Assembly: GCA_951406725.2 (NCBI GenBank)
Contig: OX597825.1
Location: 35,650,001 to 35,714,000 of the forward strand
DNA: 64,000 nucleotides
Origin: Octopus vulgaris
Lineage: Eukaryota
Direction: 5' to 3'
Shown: positions 41,372-54,918 of the stretch, in pieces
Layout of the letters: each line of letters opens with the position of its first letter
Position numbering within the stretch: the first letter of the stretch is position 1
Translations under genes and position numbers: made by a program
The notes under the pieces: generated by a model
Database searches by the model: none
What the model was told of the DNA's origin: nothing
The model's input: only the letters and a program-made list of their open reading frames with translations

Positions 41372-42015
41372 TACGTGTATACATATATACATATATAAGT
41401 ATGTATGAATATAGACAAATTCATATACATTTATATATGTGTATATTTAATATACAGATATATCAAATACCATGCAGCATAAATTCTTTATTTATTAAAA
41501 TTATCTCTACTTCTAGAAGATGTGTTAAAATTGCAAAATGGTAGTTGAAACCAGCTCCTTGTGAGAATGGGAAACAATTTCAAGAATCAAGAATTCTTCA
41601 AAGTTAATATATCACTGAGGTAAAGGATAGACTAATTACCTAATGATACGAGAACAGTTGTGGATGGGTGTTTCTGCCTCAGTACGCATCACCAGTTCGA
41701 TAATCGTCCTATCCTGTCTTAGGCAACCCAAAAATATAGACATATATAAAAACAGTAAAAAACACCCTTCGGTCATGAATGACCATGGGATTGCATCTAG
41801 AAAGTTATTCTCTGAGGCATAAGTCCGGGCAAGGTTGTTTATGGAAGACCAGTTGTCGCACATGCATATCAGCCTCCCCTCTCTACGCCACCAAGGGAAA
41901 GACAAAGGCTGATACAGTCTGACACCAGTACACACATATATATATATACATATATACACACACACACATATATATATATACATACTCACGCATATATATA
42001 TATATATACATATAT

Positions 42016-42062
<47 letters not shown>

Positions 42063-42096
42063 CATACATATATACATATATATATATATGTATGTA

Positions 42097-42159
<63 letters not shown>

Positions 42160-42539
42160 CCACATTCAGATATATTATATAATATATATATATATATTAC
42201 CAATTCACTCACATAGCATCGATTGGCTCTGGGTTATAATAAAAGACATTCAGTTGCTCAATGTGCTGCACAGTGGAGTTAAACCCGAAAACACATGATT
42301 GCAAAATGAACTTCTTAACCACACAGTCATATCCGCGTCATAATAAGCTTCCAAGAGAAAATTAACTGTGAAGACAAATTAAAGTCAGAGCGTCTCATTG
42401 CTCCAAGATGTAATCCAATAGAAAGCAAAGAGAAAAGTTTGATTAATAAAAATTATGAATTATGGCAATTTTCTTTCTTGCTTCACATTATGACATTTCA
42501 TGTCAAAATGTCTATAAAATACACCCTCTAACACTGGCC

Positions 42540-42852
42540 TTCCGTCCGTTACGACGACGAGGGTTCCAGTCGATCTGATCTACGGAACAAACTGCTCATG
42601 AAATTAACGTGCTATAGCTGAACACTCCACAAACATGGGTGTCCTTAACGTAGTTCTCAAGGAGATTCAGCGTGACACAAGGTGTGACAAGGCTGGTTCG
42701 CCGAAATGCAGGTACTACTAATTTTTACTAGCTGAGTGGACTGGAGCAACGTGAAATAGGGTCTTGCCCAATGACACAATGTGTCGCAGGGAATCGAACC
42801 CATGACCTTACGATCATAAGCCGAATACCCTAACCACTAAGCCGCGCGCCTT
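42540..42852 (-). mobile_element. SINE family C, older copy
   Basis: Homologous along its full length to 3270-3590. Confidence 0.85.
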
Positions 42853-43550
42853 AACTCCCTCTAACAATAACAAAGACAATAAAAAATAACAACTGCACAT
42901 AAAAGCAACCAGAAAAGCATAAAATAAAATTTCACCTCAGAATGAACAAAAATGATGAAAATTGCAAAGAAAAAATATTGTTTCGAAAAGTTAAATAAAT
43001 ATTTTAGACGATGAAGGTAACAGCAGCAACACTCACGCATAAACTTTTGAAAGTGCTAAAAGAAATTTTCGGAAATATTCTCTTAATTGAGAGGTTTAAT
43101 TTCTAAGGAACTGTCTACTGTAAGTTCAAGTACCGATGACCGAACCAAAACACTAGTTGAAATACTTAGATTACTTCCATCCGTACACTTACGCTCAATT
43201 GTATGAGGCGAAGAAATACATTAGTGACGATCACAGATATTAGAAACAATATGGATCCCTAGCTTGTTGTAACTTTTATATCGAAGTATAGGAGGATGGT
43301 ATGCCCAGAAACGGAACCGACATGTCGTCAGAGGAGGTCAAGATGGATTTACAAGATATAGTTCATAAATTTCTGGTCCAGGAATGCTAAGGTCAAAGAC
43401 ATTCCGACCATTAGCACACTGTCTTATGTTCACATAGTTTATATGTCGAATTATTTAATCAGTACCATCTTAAAGCACAGGCATATTGAGTAGTTGCCCA
43501 GAGGCCTCACTGGTCTACTTGCTGATTGCCTTGTTTCATGCTCTTGCTTG

Positions 43551-44076
43551 ATGGTGCTGGGTTCATTCCAAGTTAGTGGCCTCAGAGACGTCATCATGCA
43601 AAGAGCTGACCAGCTCTCCATCGCTGGCGGTCTCATGCTAACTCCTTTGCATCCTGCAAGGTGATGTCGTGCCTCTGGAAATCTTCCCCAATCACATCCA
43701 GCCATCTGGTGTGGGGCCTGCCACGCGGTTTCTTCCAACCTGCAGCTGCTGCATCGAATGAGAGTATATCCCTTTTAGGATGACCTTGCGGGAGACAGAG
43801 AACATACCCGTACAAGTGCATGCGACGGATAGCTGAAAGCCAAGGTCTGTGAGTGTGTCTCTAGCATCACTTTTGGGTACTATCACCTTACCGACCTGGA
43901 GTATGCGGACGATACAATCCTATTCAGCAATTCAATCGACTAGCTCTGGGACGCACTGACTATATACAGAGAAGAATCAGCAAAGCTTGACCTTCAGGTG
44001 AGCTGGGCGAAAACCAAGTTAGTGCCCGGACCTTTCCCTCCTCTCAGAGATCTAGGGGCCCAATTCTGATCTATGA
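43551..44076 (-). mobile_element. RTE LINE insertion with inverted 5' segment
   Basis: Minus-strand C-terminus (LYGYVL..GWKKPRGRPHTRWLD) joined to plus-strand RT fragment TDLEYADDT...VSWAKTKL; 13-bp direct repeat atgctcttgcttg at 43538-43550 and 44077-44089. Confidence 0.8.
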
Positions 44077-44479
44077 ATGCTCTTGCTTGCTGTCAATAAA
44101 TGAATACTACAGAGTCCAGAACATTAATTTACTCTTGGGCATATAATGCGGCTTAAGACGGTTGTGTGCCTAAGGCTAATTTGTTTTAAGATTTGTCAAA
44201 ACTGAGACGGTGGATTCCAGGTTCATAATCTAAGACAGTGTTTCTCATAGTGAGTAAGCTTCCGGAGGAGAACTGTAATGGATTGAACAAGGGTGGACAC
44301 ATTAGTACGTTTAATAGAATTACGGTTGTTCTAAGCTTTTATCAGATATCAGAAATGAGCGAAGTGAAAGTTGACCTTGAAAACCCAGACAAGAGGCTTA
44401 CGGTAGCTTTTCGAGCTCTTGACGTTCTGACAGCAACTCCTGTGATGACACTGGTACTATCTGTCGGCCCAAGCCAGCG

Positions 44480-44950
44480 TCCTTTTCTTTAGATAAACAT
44501 CTGTATCATATATCTGTCTCTCCGATCGGGCGATTTGTCCAGACCAAACCCTTCTACGCCACATGTCCTGCTCTTCCATAGCAGTTTTCATATCCTCAAC
44601 ATGATATTCACTGCCTTCCATAAGTTGCTTGATGGATGATCTTCTTGTCTACCGATACCTGTATATGTCTATGAGTGGGTTTCCAAAGAAGGAGATCGCT
44701 GGATATTTCATTCTTGCTTCTCCAGCAGTGTCCTGCATAACATATTGTTCTTTCTCTGATTATCAAGATGACGGTAAGAAGACTGTCATTCAATCACTAA
44801 TTTGTTGGTTGTTGATGCCAAGAAAAATTGAGAAGTGCACGAAGTTTTCTCGTGTATTCACAGTGAAGCTTCTTTTCAAGTGTCCTGTTCGGTACCCATG
44901 CTGAAGAACCATAAATACTGATTCAACGACTGCTTTGAAGAAATCTGTGT
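44480..44950 (-). pseudogene. RTEX/RTE-like LINE C-terminal remnant
   Basis: FKAVVESV, LRALLNFSWHQQPTN, IRERTICYAGHCWRSKNEISSDLLLWKPTH. Confidence 0.75.
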
Positions 44951-45826
44951 TAGGTATCGTAGAGGTGGGTGGGAAACCATGTATGCATAAGCAACAACCA
45001 GTCTTCCTTTACAAAATCTTCCCAGAACTGCTTATACTTTTGGAAATGAATAGTCAGCCTGGATCGTCAGAGGTTCTAGCACCTCCAGCATTAAGAAGAA
45101 GAAAGAAGTGTATGAATGCAAACTCTGTTCAGTCATTTATAAAGAGGGGTAAGCAAAATATTTCTCTAATATTTTGTGGATTGGGCGTGATACTGGTATT
45201 TACCAGTGTGAGAAACACTGGGTTAAACGACAACCGGTATTTTATATACTATAGCTTATAAACAGAATGGTCAGGGCTGGAACGTGTTTGGTCAAAGCTC
45301 TGCTGGATCCAGATTCAATTTAGACCGAATAACATCCCTAACAAAAAATGGTATTCAAATCTCCTTCAAATCACCACCTATCGTCTTATAAAAGGAAAAG
45401 TATATTAGGTAATGTAGTCGTCGACATTTAACTATCTATATGGCAGCCAACTGGCAAAATCGCTGGCACGCCGGGAAAATGCTGAGTAGCATTTCGTCCC
45501 ACCATTGTGTTCTGAGTTCAAATTCAGCCGAGGTCCACTGGGATCGATGTAATCGATTTACCCACTCCCCAGAAATTACTGTCCATATGCCAAATTTTGA
45601 CACTGGTGTTAACAGTTTATGAAAAAGAGTCAGAACAATCATACGTGGAACATATGTGTGTTCCACCCAGGACTTTGAACTCTTTTTTTAGGCTGACGTG
45701 GGACTAAGCAGCAAAATATTTTCCAACTGTCATGAGTGTTGGTTGTTATTGAAGATGTTTCGTTCCAAATCAATCCTAATCTACCAGACTTACAATCTTA
45801 AAAACATTCAATTCGTGACCATCCTG

Positions 45827-46064
<238 letters not shown>

Positions 46065-46446
46065 TATATTTATATTTCGGACTACTTTGTCTGATGTAAC
46101 CTTACATTTTTAAAGTGGTGTGGTGAGTTCAGGGAGATTTCACTATTATTTTGATCATGTTGAGGGAGCACGTGAAATCTTGCCCATTGACTCGTTCGGA
46201 AAGCTATATATGGTCTAGGTACTTAGAGATGAATGAACGGAATTTTAAGACAGAAATTCCTAGATTTCAGTGAAGACAATTCAGTGCGCCGCATTAGAAT
46301 GTTGACATAAAGTCCCTGTGAATCTTATTGAAGTAGATCAACACTGGCTAGTCATATCGGTAGCTGTTCTTTTAAAAAATGTCATAGCAAAATGACACAT
46401 ACAAATACATACATACTCATACATACTTACATGCACACGCACATAC

Positions 46447-46515
<69 letters not shown>

Positions 46516-46579
46516 TACATATATATATACATATACATATACATACATGCATACATACATATATATATATACATATACA

Positions 46580-46611
<32 letters not shown>

Positions 46612-46702
46612 ATACACACATATATATATGTGTGTGTGTATACACATACATATATATACATATATATAAAGTAAATAAGTAACAAAGATGTCCAGATATT
46701 AA

Positions 46703-46789
46703 TGCATTACGGCTGTTTCAAGCGGCTCCATTTAACTGATCATTGAAAACATTACATCAATCTGTAATACACCGCTCTCCTCAGACGCA
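46703..46789 (-). ncRNA. Type-I hammerhead motif with long loop II
   Basis: Minus strand tgcgt-CTGAGGA-gagcgg(about 45 nt)ccgctt-GAAA-c(agcc)GTA-atgca. Confidence 0.6.
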
Positions 46790-47122
46790 GACGAACATAT
46801 AGATTTCCAATATAAAGGATAAACCATTTTTTTATCACAATTTACATCAGTACTAGAAAACAAAAACACATTGTTTCGCTTTGCTATGTTTGTGGCAAAA
46901 TGAATTTAGGGGGAAAAGAATCTAAAGCCTACTATAATTTAGAGAGTAGCAGAGGGGAAATAGTGGGGGGTCAAGAAAAAGGAAATGGTGAAACTGTGAC
47001 TTTTGGCCAACCCTGTATAATTATTTTTATATTTGTTTTATTTTTAAGATTTATTTTTTATCTTTGTTTTATTTTTAAGATTGTATGCATATTCATCTGA
47101 ATCTTAATTGTTATTATTATTA

Positions 47123-47196
<74 letters not shown>

Positions 47197-47698
47197 TAGA
47201 GAGAGAGAAAGAGAGGCATATAAATATACGCACACTTATTCACACTGAGAATCAACATATAATTCTAAACTGTATACATTGCAATTAAAGAAAAAAAATA
47301 ATAATAGGAAGTTAAAGAAAATCAACAAGGAAGCAAGAAAGAAAATTGTTGAATGAATAATCTAATAATTTAAAGAAAAAAAAATCGTCAAAGTTGTTCC
47401 CCAAAAAATGTTCCCAAAAATTCCCGCCCTCTACCACCACCACCACCCACCCCAAACAAAAAAATAAATAAAATTACCAAAGTTTTCAAAATACTTTCAA
47501 GAAAATTTTTAACTATTTCAAAGAAATTATGATGATGATAATGATTATCATTGAGTGCATCGAGTCAGAATGTCAGCATAAATTTCCTGTGAAGCCCATT
47601 GTAGTAAATCAACACTGGCTAGCCATATCGATAGCTGCTGTATTTCGTATATTTGTACCCCAGTGTCACTTTGATGGCATGCACCGCTCTCTCACTCG

Positions 47699-47802
<104 letters not shown>

Positions 47803-48459
47803 TAATAAATAGATAAATAACATTAAGAAAAGTAGAAAGCGCAAAAACCAAAAAATAGATTTTACTATTTTAGCTTTAAGACTTCCCTAAACATTATTGC
47901 CCCTTAGTCCAGAAATATCGAAGGGAATGCTAAAACTGCGTAACCTCTGCCTTTCTAGTGACACTGACATTGATATTTCCCACGGGAAGGTTGAAATTGT
48001 TTCTATACAAATACGGAAAAAAAAGGTTGAATTGAAATTGCCCTGGACGGAACGACATACTGGAATGGAGCGGAGCGGGGGACAAAAAAATAAAACAGCA
48101 CCCCACCCCCCACAAAAAAAAAGTCATGCTCTTATATATATTTCCAGTGTATGTATTATTTTGTTGCTTTTCTTTAGTGCTGTCTTTTTTTATTTTTCAT
48201 TGAATGCGTTTGTGTGTGAGGTGATGGGTTGTAAGCTGCAAACGTTAACGATAAGCCACACATGGGTTCGTTTTAGTTCGTTCTACGTATCCGATGCCCT
48301 GAATTTTGTACAAGCTCTCGCTCGCGGTAGCCTCGACTTGCAAGATATAGCAGCCAGATGTCGCTCAAATAACATCCTATTATCTTAAAAGAGAAAAAGA
48401 AAACACATGGGCGAGCTTTGGTTTTACGTACATATTTCTGCGGGACTTAGTAATGGCCG

Positions 48460-49095
48460 CAAGGCCAATAATTTTAGGGGAAAGAGGTTAGTCGATACCA
48501 TCGACCCCAGTACTCGACTGAAACTTTCTTTCATCGACCCTAAAAGGGTTAAAGATAAAGTTGATCTCGGCGAAATTTGAAGTTAGATGAAGTGCCGTTA
48601 TTTATTCGACGTGCTAACGATCCTTGTTAGCTAGTCGCCTTATCTCCGAGAGTAATAATCCTTTCTACTATTGGTAAAGAGCCTGAAATTTTTCGGAAGG
48701 GTACTAGTCGATTTAATTGACCCTAGTGTTCAAGTGGAACTAATTTAGTCGACCCTGGATGAATGAAAGGCTAAGTTGGTCGCGGCTGAATTTGAACTCA
48801 GAACCTAAAATCAGACGAAATGCCGCTAAGCATTTTGTCCGGCGTCCCAACGATTCTGCCAACTCATTGCCTTTTGTGGTACTAATAATAGTTTTAAATT
48901 TCGGCACAAGACCAGCGATTTCGGGTGGGGAAGGGGAAAGTCGATCACATCGACACCAGTGTTCAACTGCTGCTTATTTTATCGACCCCGAATGAATAAA
49001 AGACAAAGTCGACCTCAACAGAATTTGTGACAAAGGACGAAATGCTGCTAAGTATTTAGCTCGGCGTGCTAATGATTCTGTCTGCTCACCGCCTA
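48460..49095 (-). mobile_element. Three head-to-tail SINE A monomers
   Basis: Three successive reverse-complement copies (atcgaccc...aaagtcgacctc...gctaacgattctgcc). Confidence 0.8.
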
Positions 49096-49859
49096 CTGCA
49101 GGACTAACGATGAAAGCAAAATATCACCAGGAAAACACAAAAAGAAACTTGGGTATTCCGAGTAACTACCACACTTCTATAAATACGTTACAAATTGGTT
49201 GCATCGTAAACAATTAGAAAAATAAATACTAACTCTAAACAATAATAATAATAATACTAACTTGAAACACTCTTTAGAAAATATAGGAAATAAATTTGCA
49301 AAGATGTAACCGAATATCAAATTCATGTACTTTCACCTAATGTCATTTAGTTAGAGACTTTTTAAATCATTTATATGTTTGTTTCGTTTACTCAGAAAAC
49401 CCAATTTCCTTTCTGCGTTCTCAGCGATTGCTTTAGTTTCGTTATCAGTTCCGCAGATAATGCGACGAGCTGGCAGAAACGTTTTTTCCTGTCTGAAAAA
49501 ATGTGGAATGGTCACGATTTAATAATAGGCCTTTAATGAGGGATAACCTGCTGCTAAATAACGATAAGAACATCAATAATTTAGAGTTTGTAGGAAACCA
49601 TCGCTTGGTTTATACCATAATTTGGAACTTAGTTATCGGGTGCATTTAGCTGAATTCCTTCTCTTGTAAGTATATTGGGTCAGATCTCCAATTTGAGGGT
49701 AACGCCCTCCCTTTCTCCTCCCCAACCAGTTTCGGTGGTCTTGTTTAGCTTCATGTTCGCTGCACTTATTCTGACAAAAAAATAAGAGAACCCAGCAGGG
49801 ACAATGTAATTCCCTCCAGTTATCTTCTCCTCCCACAATTCCTGAGAGGGTCGTTGGCG

Positions 49860-50230
49860 TCCTGAAACACTTCTTCCATAGCGTCCTATTAGAAGCAATC
49901 ACCACTAGACTTTCTGACTGGATTCCAAAGCGTTACCAACTAAGACTATGGATATTATCCAACCATGTCCTTCTTCTTGGTCCATCCTTAGTTCCTGTTA
50001 GTTGGCTCGGCTTGTAGAATCCGTCTTCTGATCTTTTCCTGCGACATTTTAATCACGTCTTTAGTATCGGAGCTGTTGTGATCTCTCAATGCAGAAAAGT
50101 AGCAGCTCGATGTAAAGAGACGCCCTGATTTCTTATTTACACACCGTGTCAAGTAACATAACTCTACAGATCCTTTGGAGGAACTCCATTTTGGATGCTT
50201 ATACTCGCGATTGTACTTTTCAAATAAGAC
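49860..50230 (-). pseudogene. RTE-clade LINE C-terminal remnant
   Basis: Frameshifted IQASKMEFLQRIC, EIRASLHRA..RIERSQ, KMSQEKIRRRILQAEP, PRRRTWLDNI. Confidence 0.7.
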
Positions 50231-50581
50231 CACCAAAATGAGTTATATGAAAAGAACAATGCATTTCAGTTGTGCATAGACGTAACTGTTCACATAGAAT
50301 CAAAATAAAAAGATTTAACTTGCAAAAGAAAAGCAGTCAAATCTCCCACAGCTCACAACCTTCCGTCTCATAAAATTTTAAAAATATAAACAATATTTGT
50401 TAAAATCCCATCCCATTATTTTAAAGGAATAGTAGTCCAACCACGTGAGTAAGTCATTTTTATTGCTCGTACAATTTTTTGTTGTTATTGTTGTTGTTGT
50501 TGTTGTGTTGTTGTCGTCGTCGTCGTTGTCGTCGTTGTCGTTGTTGTTGTTATTGATGATGCTGTTGTTATAACACAAAGA

Positions 50582-50652
<71 letters not shown>

Positions 50653-50912
50653 TATGGCCGCCATACTGTGAAGTCACGGAAATTTGGTGCTCCGTAAGTT
50701 GAAAAAGTGTTTGCAGTCTTTGCGGCCTTCTAAGGCCACGTGTTTTCCTTTTTATTGTTACCATTGCATTTCTGAGATTCTGTGGACTGCATAGATAGTA
50801 TTTTTGTGTAGAAACACCCCCTGTTTTGCAGGGGTTGCGCATCAACAAGTTTTGAATTTGAACTACTTTTGGCAAAAGCAAATATTTTGCAATTTTCTTT
50901 AATTATTTAAAG

Positions 50913-52625
50913 ATGGCTGATAAAGAAGCCATCATAATGTTGGACAAAGGAACGTACTCCTTGTCGAAAAAGTTGAGGAGGAAAAAATTGAGAATAAGAA
51001 AATAAATCGAATGGCCTAAAGTTAATGACGTCACTGAGGCGAAAAATATTTCGTCTCTAAGCAACATCAAAACCTTTGGTGTCGACAACGAGAACAACAA
51101 CAGCAACAGCAGCAGCAGTGACAACAACAACAACAACAACAACAACAACCGTAACAATAACAACAATAATAACAACAACAGCAACAACAATAACAACAGC
51201 AACAGTACGAAAGAAATGAAACAAAAATGCAAAGATGGATGAAGAATTAGAAGTGGCAAGAAAATTTGTAAAAAGATGGGAGAAGAGTAGCTCTAAACCT
51301 TCCATCCGACAGGATAGAAAATATCGCAAGAAGCACGATAACATATCGTTGCATCGGAGTCAAGTCTTGATGGGTGGAAAATGCTCCTGAGAGCGAAATA
51401 CAAAGATGCCTTGGGCGCGTGTGGGAAAGAAGTTTGGAACTATCGAGGTGAGATTTGGGTCGGAAGAAGAAGCTACCATGACCTTTTTGAGGAATAACAA
51501 CTTTTTTTTTAATCTTTAGCTATCGCGGCAATAGCCTTACCAAAATTAGGGTGCTGAATGTGCTGCCAGAAATATCCAATACCTGGTTAGTTGCGGCCGC
51601 CTTGGCAGGTTTAGAAGAAGACGAAGTCACAATATTGGAGATCAAGAAACTACCTAAGCAAAACTGGTTAGGTACAGGTATGGAACTGACCTTGCAATGC
51701 AAGCAGGACCATATCGATCAGCTGCCTGATTTAATCGATCTCCCGGATGGTACTCACCTGTCAGTGTTCGCAGATGGTAGAAAGCCAAGATGCCATATGT
51801 GGATCTGTAACTCACTTAAAGGCTTTCTGCCCTAAAACAAGAAATAATGAAGTCTCACTGCTACCAACATTACAAACACCACAAGCGCAAAATCATAAAC
51901 AAGTGCTCAAGACTCCTACACCTACACCCAGGTACACACTCACTCCCAAACCAAGACAAAGAAGGAGTCTACCTTCAGTTGCCACGGAAAAGCAAGCTTC
52001 TCTTGAATGCTCTGCCTCCCAAACCAATACTAACTGCAATGACATGGAGAAAGAAGAGCTTGACGATCAATGGATCACAGTGTCTAAAGGGGGTAAGCAA
52101 AAGAGGGAGAGAATACATTGCTCTGCTCCGAGAAATCATCAAAAACATCTGAACCCACAACTACAACACAGTTCACAACAACTTCAACAAAAATATCAAG
52201 AACAAAACCAGCAACTTCAAAAACAGCAACATCATCAACAACAGCATGAAATCACAGAAACACGGAAACAACCAATTACAGAATTTCAGAAACAGGAATA
52301 TTTTTCAAACTGTAGACGAAGTGTATCCATCAATTTCACTGTTGTAGACAAGTGCAACAGTGGATTGGTGGATTTTGTAAGTCAAAACAAAAACAAAGCT
52401 GAGACAGAGGGAAAGTAATTTGAGGATTTCATACTCAAGATCCCCTAGGACAGACTCTTAATTAAAACGTCATCAGACGTTTATAAAACAATAAGAGAAA
52501 AATTCTCATGTAGTGTGGGAATTTTTCAAAAATCAGTTGATAAAAGGCTGTTGGAAACCCCTTTTAAAATTTTTTCGCCGGTAGAGAGGCCCAGAAATTC
52601 CGAGCTTCTCAAAAATCAAGGTGAG
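50913..52625 (+). pseudogene. Tx1-type ORF1 with CCHC zinc knuckle
   Basis: LPDLIDLPDGTHLSVFADGRKPRCH/ICGSVTHLKAFCP (C-X2-C-X4-H-X4-C across a frameshift near 51795), low-complexity Q/T-rich tail. Confidence 0.75.
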
Positions 52626-52655
52626 TAACCTCCTCTTTTTCTTTCTACGACTAGC

Positions 52656-54075
52656 ATGAGAGTGCTGAGAATAGGGTGTGTGAATGTGCGTGGACTGGGA
52701 TCAGCTTGGAAGCAAGGTCACTTGCTCAATGATCTCAGGTCGCTTGATTTGGTCTCTCTAACATCCATTTTCGAGAACTACGAGGTATTTTTATTTTGTG
52801 GTCTATGAGGAGCAGGTGGTGGTGTAGCAGTGGTAGTCCAGAAATACTTAGATCTCCCAAGTACAGACCCGGATGTAGGGTGATGGTTCTAGACGTGAAT
52901 AGCAGCGATGGTGGCGCTTTAGACTGGTGGCGGTTTATACCCTAACGTGCTGGAAGGCCAGATTTCTTCAGGCGTCTGGAAACATTCTTGGGAACGTCTC
53001 CCACTTAAGTACTAGTGGGGGACTGCAATAGTATTCTAGACGCACGGAAGGACTGTGTGGGTTTAGTACATAGCAGAACTGGGTGTAAAAACCTCGGAAA
53101 CCTGCTCAAGACTTTCCAGCTTTCTGACAGGTACTGACTGGATTTCCCATGATGTGCCAGTAGAAACCACAGTGAGCCATCCTGATCATATTTACATAGA
53201 GTTTTTGTTAGATCAGGAGATATGGATAGCATAGGCCGTCTACAATTTAAATTGATCGGTATATCACAAATTTGTGATATGCTCAGTCGATTTAGATAAG
53301 ACCCGTAGACAGGGACCCGGTTACTGGAAGTTGAATGCGTCCTCACCGGCTCACAAAGACTACAGGGACCGGATTAGCGAACTATTAAAGCGGCAGTTGA
53401 TGTGGGCTATCGTCACCAAGCGTGGTGGATCGCTCTGACAAGAGTGATTAGAGTAGAATCGATAGCGCTTAGCAAAGATTCAACAATAGAAAGAAATAGA
53501 TTAGAGGGAGAATTAGTTAGCAAACTAGAAGAGGTTATTAGTAAAGGCATCAGGACCGAGGTGTTGGGGGCGAGAATGACCCTTGACCATTTCTTTGCGG
53601 CGAAACACGAAGAGTGCGTTATCAGAGCTAAGGCCCATGTGCTAAAACACAAAGGAACTAAAGCCATGCGATGGGCCCGAACGATACAGACGCGACTTGG
53701 AAACAAACCACGATCACGTTTTTGACGAATCAGATCGGACGCGCGCTACACGGTTTTGAACAGATGTGTGCAGCTTTACAGCAGCACTTTGCGCGGCTGT
53801 TTGGGGAGGGTGATGGGTCGACGGCGGTAGCGGACTTTACTTCGTACCTCGACGGCTTACCACGGCTCTCCGTAACGGACGCGAGATTCTGCGAAAAGCC
53901 GATTACAGCCATTGAAATACAAGTGGCGATGAGCGATTGCACAAGTCGTAAATCGCCCGGTTCGGATGGTCTGCCATATGAATTCTATGTTTCCATGCCA
54001 GATTTGTTTGGCAGCCTCTTGGCAGATGTCCACAGTAACTGGCAGCAGAATGGGAGAACTCCTAGAGCTGTTATT
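52656..54075 (+). pseudogene. L1/Tx1 ORF2: APE endonuclease and RT N-terminus
   Basis: MRVLRIGCVNVRGL, GGGVAV, FRLVAVY, VLVGDCNSILD, GPGYWKLNAS, KSPGSDGLPYEFY; many stops and frameshifts; stops before the YADD motif. Confidence 0.9.
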
Positions 54076-54350
54076 CGCTTCTTACCACAGTCTACTTCAG
54101 TGAAGAAAGGCTGTACCAGGGATTGATTCGATCCTTGTTGGTACTTGGTACTTAGCTATGTAAATCCATTTAAACGTTTGCACGTATAAAAAAAGAAACC
54201 AATACATGACATGAACATGTTGAAGAATTAAATTTAACTGTTAAAGAAAAGAAACATAGTTTTCACCTTTATTTAGATGGTTTTAACGAACCATGTTGAG
54301 TGGAAATCTCTCGCACTAGGCTTCTGCTATGAAGATATTTTATTTTATTT

Positions 54351-54660
54351 ATGCGCCCTTTTCAAGCCTAGCCAGGCTCATGGGCCCGGTTTCCCGGTTT
54401 CTGTGGCGTATGTGTCCCCCCACCCCACCTGGACGGGACGCCAGTCCATCGCAGCGTTACTCAAGAAACAGGAAGAAAGAGTGAGAGAAAGTTGTGGCGA
54501 AAGAGTACAACAGGGGTCGCCACCAACCCCTGCCGGAGCCTCGTGGAGCTTTAGGTGTTTTCTCTCAATAAACACACACAATGCCTGGTCTGGGAATCGA
54601 AACCGCGATCCTCCGACTGCAAGTCCGCTGCCCTAACCCCTGGGCTGTTGCGCCTCCACA
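54351..54660 (-). mobile_element. SINE family E, full length
   Basis: Reverse complement of 10903-11210. Confidence 0.9.
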
Positions 54661-54669
54661 AAAATAATA

Positions 54670-54918
54670 AATGCGCCCTTTTAAAACCTAGCCGGGCTCA
54701 TGGGCCCGGTTTCCCAGTTTCAATGGCGTATGTGTTCCCCAGCTGGACGGGAGGCCAGTCCATCGCAGCGTTACTCATTTTTGCCAGCTGAGTGGACTGG
54801 AGCAATGTGAAATGAAATGTTTTGCTCAAGAACACAACGCGTCGCCCGGTCCAGGAATCGAAACCACAATCTTACGATCATGATGCTGACACCCTAATCA
54901 CTAAGCCACACGCCTCCA
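54670..54918 (-). mobile_element. Chimeric SINE: family C head/core with family E tail
   Basis: 54775-54918 matches the family C 5' part; 54670-54775 matches the family E 3' part; junction at gcagcgttactc/atttttgccagc. Confidence 0.85.

Larger units (their letters stand above)
50655..54080 (+). mobile_element. L1/Tx1-clade LINE, 3'-truncated
   Basis: Degenerate ORF1 followed by ORF2 with APE endonuclease and the start of the RT domain; 5' boundary approximate. Confidence 0.88.

Noticed and set aside
51747-52418. 223-aa Q-rich ORF as a host gene
   Set aside because: It is a frameshifted part of the Tx1-type ORF1, directly upstream of the APE domain.
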